From a virus (lineage: Duplodnaviria; Caudoviricetes): 32,770 bases of DNA. Position numbers and translations under genes: made by a program. Shown in pieces: positions 6,938-13,997 of the stretch (positions are counted from its first letter, which is position 1; every line of letters starts with the position of its first letter). The notes under the pieces are model-generated. The model was not told where the DNA came from, ran no database searches, and saw nothing but the letters and a program-made list of their open reading frames with translations. Location of the stretch: positions 1-32,770 of IMG/VR virus record IMGVR_UViG_3300037518_000650; one strand, given 5' to 3'.

Positions 6938-7998
6938 GCATTCGCGTGTGGGTGCAGCGGCGATCGAACAAGCGGTTTTTGTGTCTCGACTGGATTGATC
7001 CCCACACCGGCAAGCGCCACACCAAGTCCTCGGGTACCGCCGATCGCCGGCAAGCCGAACGAGCCGCCCAGCGACTGGAGGACGAACTCAACGCTGGTCG
7101 CTACGCCCCAGCCGGCCGAATGTTGTTTGAGACGTTCGTCGCGTTGTATCTCGAGCATCTCGCTGGCCGTTCGGCGACGCACCGAGCCAAGGCTCGGCGT
7201 GTCTTGCGCGAGTTCGCCGCTGTCGGCACGGTGACGACGACCGCACAAATCAACGAGCGATCCGTATCGCGCTTGCTCCAATCGTTGGCGGAAAAACGCC
7301 GACAACCGACGACCGTCAAGGGGTGCTGCTCGTATCTGCGGTCTGCCTTCCGCTGGGGTTGGGAACATGGTTATTTGCATCGCGTCCCGACGATTCATGC
7401 GCCGAAGCGATCCTCAGGCCATGCGCGGGTCAGAATCGTCAAGGCGTCGAGGATCACGCAGGAGCATTTCGAGCGCCTCGAAGCGAAATGCCCGGACGCT
7501 CGTTGGCGGCTCCTGATCGCCTTCGCATGGTACGCTGGTCTCCGCCGCTCGGAGTTGTTTCGTTTGGAGGGATCGCAGCTTGACCTGCAGCGCCACACCA
7601 TTGCGATCGGCAAGCCCAAGAGCGGCAACGTCGCCGAGACCGCCTTCATTCCGCCGCCGCTCGAAGCATTGATCGGCACGCTGTGGCCGCGTGCGCTTCC
7701 GAAGGATCGATTGTTTGGTCTGGTGACAAACGTCGAAGACTTGAGTCGGGTGTTCGGGTCGATCGCTAAAGCCGCGATGGTGCCGGGAAACTCGAAGGAT
7801 GGGTGGGCGACCCTGCAGGACTTGCGGCGCGCGTTCGGATCGCGCTGGTCCGCGCGCGTTCCCGCACAGGTCTTGCAGCGGATCATGCGGCATTCTAACA
7901 TCCAAGTAACTTTATCTTTTTACGCTGAGACCGACGATGCCGCGTTGCAAGCCATTCGCAACGTGGCGCCAAGCGTGGCGCGAGAATGCGGCGAATAG
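6934..7998 (+). CDS. int: tyrosine integrase
   Basis: N-terminal arm-binding and SAM-like regions; GLRRSE (R), KPKSG (K), QDLRR, RHSNIQVTLSFY (H, Y). Confidence 0.92.
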   Translation: MSIRVWVQRRSNKRFLCLDWIDPHTGKRHTKSSGTADRRQAERAAQRLEDELNAGRYAPAGRMLFETFVALYLEHLAGRSATHRAKARRVLREFAAVGTVTTTAQINERSVSRLLQSLAEKRRQPTTVKGCCSYLRSAFRWGWEHGYLHRVPTIHAPKRSSGHARVRIVKASRITQEHFERLEAKCPDARWRLLIAFAWYAGLRRSELFRLEGSQLDLQRHTIAIGKPKSGNVAETAFIPPPLEALIGTLWPRALPKDRLFGLVTNVEDLSRVFGSIAKAAMVPGNSKDGWATLQDLRRAFGSRWSARVPAQVLQRIMRHSNIQVTLSFYAETDDAALQAIRNVAPSVARECGE

Positions 7999-8196
7999 CC
8001 ATAAGTCCTTACGTAGCAACGATTGGCCGAGTGGTGGAACTGGCAGACACACGGGACTTAAAATAGAGTGTTGATGCTTGGTTGACTTCCGTCTGAATCC
8101 CATCTGCACGTGAATTCAAGCCGTAACAGGCGTTTTCTCCTATCCCTGATGTGCCCAGAAATTATCCCGTCAACGTGGCGCACGACGTGGCGCGAG
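7959..8196. mobile_element. attP: tRNA-homologous core flanked by arm-type direct repeats
   Basis: CAACGTGGCGC-N4-CGTGGCGCGAG at both 7959-7984 and 8171-8196, on either side of the tRNA fragment, between int and xis. Confidence 0.8.
8025..8064 (+). pseudogene. 5' half of tRNA-Leu(UAA), attP core
   Basis: GGCCGAG TG GTGGAACTGGCAGACAC A CGGGA CT-TAA-AA T; similarity to a tRNA ends just after the anticodon loop; no T arm or 3' acceptor strand. Confidence 0.85.
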
Positions 8197-8297
8197 TACG
8201 CGCCAAATGCCCGGCAGAATATTACGCGCATATTACAGCCGAGTAGCGCTGAAAGTAATCTTTTTCGGCTACAGTTGGTTCCGTTGGAGGAATCGAC

Positions 8298-8510
8298 GTG
8301 ATCAACACCACACTGGAAACGAACCGCGTTCTCGACCGCGAGGCATTGGCCGATCTGCTGAAGGTCAGTGAACAGTACCTTGCCAGCGCAGTCGGCATCG
8401 GCGAACTGAAAGCCCATCGCGTCGGCAAAAGAGAACTGTACGTCGGATCGGAAATCCTTCAGTGGGTAATGTCTCGACCGGCAGCGAATGGAGACCGGGA
8501 CCATGCGTAA
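8298..8510 (+). CDS. xis: excisionase-like HTH (HTH_17) protein
   Basis: 70 aa, VLDREALADLLKVS...GELKAHRVGKRELY; GGAGG SD; adjacent to attP. Confidence 0.75.
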   Translation: MINTTLETNRVLDREALADLLKVSEQYLASAVGIGELKAHRVGKRELYVGSEILQWVMSRPAANGDRDHA

Positions 8511-8634
8511 GCGATTCTCTTGCGGCTGCGATCAATGCGGCAGATTTCAGGCCTTGCTGTGGCGACTGATGGGGCTGCAGCTCTGCGAGGACTGCTACCA
8601 CGAACTACACCGAGAATTGGGAGTCGCAGGATGA
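8503..8634 (+). CDS. 43-aa zinc-finger peptide
   Basis: Hand-translated MRKRFSCGCDQCGR...LCEDCYHEL; overlaps both neighbours. Confidence 0.6.
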   Translation: MRKRFSCGCDQCGRFQALLWRLMGLQLCEDCYHELHRELGVAG

Positions 8635-9071
8635 ACATCTACGTTGCCTCAAGCTGGCGGAACGGCCGCCATGAAGACGTTGTCGCGGCAATCACCGCCG
8701 CCGGGCACGCCGTCTACGACTACCGCCACCCCGCCCCGGGCGTCGGCGGCTTCCAGTGGAGCGAGTTAGACCCCCATTGGCAGCAGTGGGACGCCGCCGC
8801 GCAGCGCGATGCTCTCAACTACGACAAGGCGGTCGAAGGCTACCTCTTCGATATCCGCGCACTGGCCGACTGCGACGCCTGCGTCCTGGTCATGCCGTCC
8901 GGACGCAGCGCCCACTTGGAAGCCGGCTTCGCGCGCGGCCGAGGCGCCACCACGATCGTCCTGCTCGACGACGATGCTGAGCCGGAACTGATGTACAAGA
9001 TGGCCGACCATCTCTGCCTCTCGATCGCCGAGGTCGTCGACGCGCTCGCAGTTGAGGCGAAAGAAGATTGA
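8631..9071 (+). CDS. nucleoside 2-deoxyribosyltransferase-like protein
   Basis: MNIYVASSWRN...D...L..CDACVLVMPSGRSAHLEAG pattern. Confidence 0.75.
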   Translation: MNIYVASSWRNGRHEDVVAAITAAGHAVYDYRHPAPGVGGFQWSELDPHWQQWDAAAQRDALNYDKAVEGYLFDIRALADCDACVLVMPSGRSAHLEAGFARGRGATTIVLLDDDAEPELMYKMADHLCLSIAEVVDALAVEAKED

Positions 9072-9076
9072 ACACC

Positions 9077-9154
9077 GGTCCCCCGTGCATGCGCGCTGAA
9101 TGGACTCACAGCCGGACGCGCCGGGCATCTGCCGTTCGATTCGGCAGGGGGCCA
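9077..9154 (+). ncRNA. tRNA-like RNA (acceptor stem plus T arm, no D or anticodon arm)
   Basis: GGTCCCC/GGGGGCC 7-bp stem plus A discriminator; TGCCG-TTCGATT-CGGCA T arm. Confidence 0.55.
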
Positions 9155-9251
9155 TATGCGGCGTAGCGACCGCAGATGCAGGGGAGTGTTTGGCAAGCGC
9201 CCTGATGCGCCGGTCTTTGGCTCCCAGCGGGCCGGCGAGTTTCCCGGCCGG

Positions 9252-9300
9252 GCCAGGGACGGCGCACGGACGCCACAGCAGGACGCAGCGACGGACAGCA
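9252..9300 (+). promoter_or_regulatory. cluster of four GGA motifs (putative CsrA sites)
   Basis: GCC-AGGGAC-GGC, GGCG-CACGGA-CGCC, GC-AGGAC-GC, ACGGAC at about 12-nt spacing. Confidence 0.55.
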
Positions 9301-9307
9301 CGGCCGG

Positions 9308-9365
9308 TTTTTTACTGACCCGTAGTGCGACTTGCCGCGGGTGTGTGTTTTATTGCCAGGTTCGA
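9308..9365 (-). repeat. junction element copy E1 (right half, antisense to local genes)
   Basis: CGAACCTGGCA then CTACGGG-TCAGT-AAAAAA with 39-bp start-to-start spacing. Confidence 0.75.
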
Positions 9366-9393
9366 TTGCGCAATTGTGTGCGGATTTTGCGTG

Positions 9394-9702
9394 ATGAGTA
9401 CGACCCATACCGATCCGATCGGGGCCCAGTGGCAGCGTGCACCGAGGCCCGACGCTTGGCGATTGAAGCGCCTGCGCTACGTGCTGGTGACCGGCGAGCT
9501 GGTCAACGACGATACGCGACCATCGTTGTCGCTGGCCACGGCCGCACGCAAGGCGGTGGTCGGATGCACCACAATCAAACGCCTGGCGGACGAGTATCCC
9601 GAATTGATCGAGATCCGGCACGTGGAATACGAGGCGAAATCCGGCTCCTACGGCGCCAGCCACAAAGTGTTCGCCAAGCGGGTGTATTGGCGAGGAAAGT
9701 GA
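9394..9702 (+). CDS. hypothetical protein, possible HTH
   Basis: 102-aa ORF; SLATAARKAVVGCTTIKRL is HTH-like. Confidence 0.55.
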   Translation: MSTTHTDPIGAQWQRAPRPDAWRLKRLRYVLVTGELVNDDTRPSLSLATAARKAVVGCTTIKRLADEYPELIEIRHVEYEAKSGSYGASHKVFAKRVYWRGK

Positions 9703-9830
9703 GCTGGCACCGCTCGGGGCGGCGTCAGCGGAATGCGAGCCGTCGGCTTCGGCAGGCGGCCGATGTGGGTGGCCCGACCGCCGCGTCGCCAACGGGCGGC
9801 GGCCGGGTTTTATCGAGAAGGACGGTTTTC

Positions 9831-10094
9831 ATGCCCGCAAGATTCGTCCCGGGCGCGCAGACGTGCCCGGACTGCAATCACCCGCTGGGGACCAGCCACT
9901 CGGAAGTCCTCTGCAAAGAGGCGGTCCGGGAGCGGGCGATCCGGCTGGTGATCGAAAACCGCCTACTGCGCGAAGTCGTCCGAGAACTCAAGCGACGACT
10001 GCGCGCACGGACCCCCGACCCAGACAAGGCCGCGGCACCGCGCAACGGCCATGATCGCAACGACTGCATGGAGGAACAAAAGTGCTGGTACTGA
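9831..10094 (+). CDS. small protein with CxxC and a coiled coil
   Basis: MPARFVPGAQTCPDCNH...; GAAGGA SD; overlaps the csrA start. Confidence 0.6.
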   Translation: MPARFVPGAQTCPDCNHPLGTSHSEVLCKEAVRERAIRLVIENRLLREVVRELKRRLRARTPDPDKAAAPRNGHDRNDCMEEQKCWY

Positions 10095-10330
10095 CCAGGA
10101 AAGAGCAGGAGCAAATCCTGATCGGCTCCGACATCGAGATCACCGTGGTCGAAATCAGGGGCGAGAAGGTCCGGATCGGGATCACCGCGCCCCTCGACGT
10201 GGCCGTCCATCGGCGCGAGGTTTTCGAACGCATCCTAAGTGAAAGGGCCAATCATGGCACGCAAACGAGCACAGGCGGAGAAGAAGAAGAAGAAAAAGAA
10301 ACTAAACTTCAGCCTGATCAAGCGGAATAA
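10082..10330 (+). CDS. csrA: carbon storage regulator CsrA/RsmA RNA-binding protein
   Basis: MLVLTRK..EQILIGSDIEITVVEIRGEKVRIGITAP.DVAVHRREVFERI is a canonical CsrA sequence. Confidence 0.93.
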   Translation: MLVLTRKEQEQILIGSDIEITVVEIRGEKVRIGITAPLDVAVHRREVFERILSERANHGTQTSTGGEEEEEKETKLQPDQAE

Positions 10331-10835
10331 GTCGGGGGAGGATCCGACCCCGTACCGGATCATGGATGAGCTGATCGAAAAACATCACCCGCACCTGGCC
10401 GAGGCGAAGATCGCGATCGCGTGGCGGTTCGGCTGGTCCCAGGACGCCGACGGTCTACTCAAGCTCGGCCAGGCCAAAAAAGTCAGCGAGCTCGATCGCG
10501 ATCTGCACGACTACGATTTCATCATCCTCCTCAACCACGAAGTCTGGAACAAGGCCAGCTTCAGCGAACGACAGATGAAGGCCCTCATCGATCATGAGTT
10601 ATGCCACTGCAGTGTCTCGATCGACACCAACGGCGAAAAAAAAATCGACGAACGCGGCCGCGTGATCTACCGCATCCGCAAGCACGACGTGGAAGAGTTC
10701 CGCGAAGTGGCCGCTCGGCACGGCTGCTGGCGCGACGACCTCCGGCAGCTCGCCGAGGCCGCGATCGAGAAGGACCACAATCCTCTGTTTGCCGGCGGCA
10801 AAGCGAAAGCCACCGCCAAGCCGGCGCACGCGTAA
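10254..10835 (+). CDS. putative phage metallopeptidase (HExxH)
   Basis: LIDHELCHC and RKHDVEEF.EV..RHG pattern. Confidence 0.8.
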   Translation: MARKRAQAEKKKKKKKLNFSLIKRNKSGEDPTPYRIMDELIEKHHPHLAEAKIAIAWRFGWSQDADGLLKLGQAKKVSELDRDLHDYDFIILLNHEVWNKASFSERQMKALIDHELCHCSVSIDTNGEKKIDERGRVIYRIRKHDVEEFREVAARHGCWRDDLRQLAEAAIEKDHNPLFAGGKAKATAKPAHA

Positions 10836-10892
10836 AAATCGGTGCGCAAACGGTGTCGAAACGGTTGCGGAGTTTTTTCGGAGGGACCGGGG

Positions 10893-11141
10893 ATGGGCAG
10901 CAACAACATGGCGATCGAAGCGGTGCGTTACCTGCTCGCCCGGACGGTCTTCGATGTGAATTTCCGGTACCACTTTCTCGATACGGAATCTCTCGATCGC
11001 TGCCTGGAGGCCGAGGCGGAATCGCGGGGGGTACGCAGGGACGACATCGAAATGGAGCTTGTGACGCCGCCATCCAGCAACGCACCATCCGCGCTCGGCA
11101 GACAGTACCGACAACCGGACCAATGGAAGGAGATCTCATGA
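10893..11141 (+). CDS. hypothetical protein
   Basis: GGAGG SD; ATGA overlap with the next gene. Confidence 0.55.
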   Translation: MGSNNMAIEAVRYLLARTVFDVNFRYHFLDTESLDRCLEAEAESRGVRRDDIEMELVTPPSSNAPSALGRQYRQPDQWKEIS

Positions 11142-11548
11142 CCGAACCCAACCCCAACCCGGATGCGACAGCGCAATTGGCGGCGCTGATCGCCCAGCTC
11201 CAACAGCAGCCGGCGGCAAGCGGGTCCGCCCCCTTCGGGCTGCAGCCGCTGCAGCCGATGGCGGCGCCGGCCGGAGGGATGCCGCAGCCGCAAGCGGTCT
11301 CCGTGCCGATCGAGCTGCAGACTCCCGACGGCGGCCTGGTCACCTGCTACCTGCACTTCGGCGGCGAGCACGCCCAGAACCTGCCCCTGCTGCTGCAGAC
11401 GCTCTGCCAATCGCTGCCGGTCCGCGTCTACTACCCGCGCAACAACGGCGGCTACGGCGGCGGCCGTGGTTACGGCGGCGGTGGCGGTTACGGCGGCGGT
11501 GGCGGTGGCCGTGGTTACGGCGGCGGCTATGGCGGAAGGAGGTATTGA
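11138..11548 (+). CDS. low-complexity protein, Q/P-rich N-terminus and GYGG/RGYGG C-terminal tail
   Basis: AAGGAG SD; tail NNGGYGGGRGYGGGGGYGGGGGGRGYGGGYGGRRY. Confidence 0.75.
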   Translation: MTEPNPNPDATAQLAALIAQLQQQPAASGSAPFGLQPLQPMAAPAGGMPQPQAVSVPIELQTPDGGLVTCYLHFGGEHAQNLPLLLQTLCQSLPVRVYYPRNNGGYGGGRGYGGGGGYGGGGGGRGYGGGYGGRRY

Positions 11549-11550
11549 GC

Positions 11551-12378
11551 ATGAACGCACCCTACTTGGACGTGACGATCGACATCGAGACCATCGCGGG
11601 CCGGCCGGAGGAGGCCGAGGCCTGGGCCCGCCGCTACTGGTCGCCCAGCCGGAACTGGAAAGACACGACCGTCGGCACGCGCTGGCGCGAGGCGGTCGAA
11701 AAAAAGGAAGCGCGGCTGGCGCTGATCGACGACTCGCCGATCGTGGTCGTCTCGCTGGCGACCGACCGCGATTGCCGCGTGCTGCACACACTCGCCAGCG
11801 GCCCGACCGGCCAGGTCAACGGCGCCCAGGTCGAGGCGTTCGCCTCCGAGCGCGACATGCTGGCCGCGCTGCGCGATTACCTCGACGCCAACTGCGATCC
11901 CGAGACGGTGATCGTGTCGCACAACGGCAAGCGGTTCGATTGGCCGAGGCTGCGGCTCGCCTACACCCGGGCCGGTCTGAGGATCCCGGTCGCCCTCATC
12001 GACCGCAACCAGCCGCGGTTCGACACCATGATTGAATTCTCTCGCTTCACCGTCGAAGATCGCCCGTTCATCTCGCTCGGCGACGTGTGCGACATCCTCA
12101 ACATCCCCCACCACAAGGACCTGCTCGACGGGGCCGACGTGGCCGAGCTGTATAGCCGGGGCCGCTACGGAGAGCTGGTCGCCTACGCGCTGGCCGACGT
12201 GCTGGTCGAGCGCGAGGTCTATCGCACGCTGGCCGGGATCCGCGACGATCGCGAGGTGTCGATCGCGATCGCGCCGACCGGGGCCGAGCTCGCCGACTTC
12301 GAGCCGCTCTTGGACGACGACGAACCACCGGCGCCGGCCTCCCAACCACCAGCGCCGACCAAGACGCCATTTTTTTGA
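11551..12378 (+). CDS. DEDD 3'-5' exonuclease (PolB/DnaQ-like)
   Basis: ExoI DIET, ExoII HNGKRFD, ExoIII YALADV. Confidence 0.82.
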   Translation: MNAPYLDVTIDIETIAGRPEEAEAWARRYWSPSRNWKDTTVGTRWREAVEKKEARLALIDDSPIVVVSLATDRDCRVLHTLASGPTGQVNGAQVEAFASERDMLAALRDYLDANCDPETVIVSHNGKRFDWPRLRLAYTRAGLRIPVALIDRNQPRFDTMIEFSRFTVEDRPFISLGDVCDILNIPHHKDLLDGADVAELYSRGRYGELVAYALADVLVEREVYRTLAGIRDDREVSIAIAPTGAELADFEPLLDDDEPPAPASQPPAPTKTPFF

Positions 12379-12494
12379 TGACGCGGAAGCACTTACCGAG
12401 GAAACCAACGCTTCCTGCCACGTTCGGCAGGCTACCGAACCTGGCAGAAAAACCAGCAACGACAGCAGAGCCAACTACGGGTGAGCAAAAAATG
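12368..12494 (+). repeat. junction element copy E2 (complete)
   Basis: CATTTTTTTGATGACGCGGAAG...CTGCCACGTTCGG-N7-CCGAACCTGGCAG...CTACGGGTGAGCAAAAAATG. Confidence 0.85.
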
Positions 12495-13757
12495 AAGATT
12501 TTGGAAGCTAGAATAAAGAATGTGCTCGGCTGCCGCCTGGCCGAGATCGAGCCGCAGGGCGACGGCTTGGTGATCGTCGCCGGCAAAAATGGCGCTGGCA
12601 AGTCGTCGATCCTGGACGCCATCATGATGACCGTCGCCGGCCTCAAGGGCGCCCCGGCCCGGCCGATCCGCGAAGGTGCCGGAAAAGGCGAATGTACCGT
12701 CGACTTGGGTGACCTCAAGGTGCGGCGCACCTTCACACCCTCCGGCGGCAAATTAGAAGTCACCAGCGGCGACGGTCGGCCGCAGCGGCGAGCGCAAGAG
12801 CTGCTGGACTCGCTGCTCGGCAGGCTCGCCTTTGATCCGCTCCAGTTCACGCGGGTGAAACCAGCGGAACAAGCACAGACGCTCCGTGACCTGGCCGGCC
12901 TTGACTTCACGGCGCTCGAGGCGGAGCGGGCGGCGGCCTATCACGCGCGCACGGAGGCAGGCCGGGAGGTCAAGCGCTTGGAGGCGCAAGTGGGCGGCCG
13001 CTCCGAGTGGTCGGGCGTGCCGGATCAAGAGATCTCCGTCGCTGACTTGGCTGCCGAGCTGAAGGCGGCCAATGAGACCAACGCTGCCAATGCCGAACTC
13101 CGCCGCAGGCACGCCGCCGGCCAGCAAAAGATCGAGGAGTTGCGCCAATCGCTGGCGGAGTTGGTCCGGCAGCGGGACGCGCTTAACCAGGCGATCGCCG
13201 AGCGAGAGACCACCATCAGCAAATGGCAAGACGCTGAGGAAACCAGCCGGCAGAGAATCGCCGCTCTGGCTGACGTCGACACCGACGCCATCGCCGCCCG
13301 GCTGGCCGACGTCGAACGGACCAACGCGAAGGTGCGGGAGAACCAGCAGTGTGCGCAGCTCGCCGCCGAGCTGGCCAAATGGCGAGTAGAGCAGCAAGCG
13401 CTTACAGGCCAGATCGACGTGATCGACGGCCGGCAGGCCGAGACGCTTGCCGCCGCGAAATTCCCGGTGGACGGGCTGGCGGTCGCTGACGACGGCGTGA
13501 CGTTCCGCGGGATCCCCTTCGGCCAGCTCTCGACCGCCCAGCAGACCGGCGTCTCGTTCTCTCTCGCCGCGGCGCTCAACCCCAAGCTGAGAATCGCATT
13601 CATTCGCAACGGCAACGACCTCGATTGCGATTCGCTGGACCTCTTGCGCGAGCGAGCCGAGGCGGCCGACTTCCAACTCTGGATCGAGCGCATCGAAGGC
13701 GGCCCCGGGGCCGTCGTGATCGAGGCAGGAGAGGTTCTGCAACAGGCTAAATCATGA
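12492..13757 (+). CDS. SMC/SbcC-like AAA ATPase with a central coiled coil
   Basis: Walker A GKNGAGKSS, long coiled coil, LSTAQQ signature-like motif. Confidence 0.82.
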   Translation: MKILEARIKNVLGCRLAEIEPQGDGLVIVAGKNGAGKSSILDAIMMTVAGLKGAPARPIREGAGKGECTVDLGDLKVRRTFTPSGGKLEVTSGDGRPQRRAQELLDSLLGRLAFDPLQFTRVKPAEQAQTLRDLAGLDFTALEAERAAAYHARTEAGREVKRLEAQVGGRSEWSGVPDQEISVADLAAELKAANETNAANAELRRRHAAGQQKIEELRQSLAELVRQRDALNQAIAERETTISKWQDAEETSRQRIAALADVDTDAIAARLADVERTNAKVRENQQCAQLAAELAKWRVEQQALTGQIDVIDGRQAETLAAAKFPVDGLAVADDGVTFRGIPFGQLSTAQQTGVSFSLAAALNPKLRIAFIRNGNDLDCDSLDLLRERAEAADFQLWIERIEGGPGAVVIEAGEVLQQAKS

Positions 13758-13800
13758 ACCGCGATGACCACAGAAAATTGCTGTTTGGAAGGAGTTTCCC

Positions 13801-13932
13801 ATGCCCCAGATTACAGAGATTTCTGTTAGTGCCAGTCGTAAGTTCAATCACCCATTTGAGGATTATTCTAACCTCGAATCGCACGTCACTTTGCACGCGT
13901 CACTTACAGATAACGAGGACGTCGACGACTAG
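13801..13932 (+). pseudogene. short or truncated phage gene (MPQITEISVSASRKFNHPFEDYSNL...)
   Basis: Strong AAGGAG SD; TAG at the boundary of junction element E3. Confidence 0.45.
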
Positions 13933-13938
13933 CATTAA

Positions 13939-13997
13939 CGAGCCTGGCAACCACACGTTCACCGACAATACAGCGTCCTACGGGTAATCAAAAAATG
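13939..13997 (+). repeat. junction element copy E3 (right half)
   Basis: CGAGCCTGGCA, 39-bp spacing, CTACGGG-TAATC-AAAAAATG. Confidence 0.8.

Noticed and set aside
8025-8110. Intact tRNA-Leu gene
   Set aside because: The sequence after the anticodon loop cannot complete the anticodon stem, T arm or acceptor stem; it is a half gene
9740-9775. Ninth copy of the junction element (TTCGG-N7-CCGA)
   Set aside because: Lacks the CCTGG arm and both outer boxes
12374-12410. Hammerhead ribozyme core (TGATGA...GAAA) in the junction element
   Set aside because: The required CUGANGA is not present and the motif is not kept in other copies
12375-12491. N-terminal extension of the ATPase ORF
   Set aside because: It is junction element E2; the ATPase fold starts at MKILEARIKN (12492)
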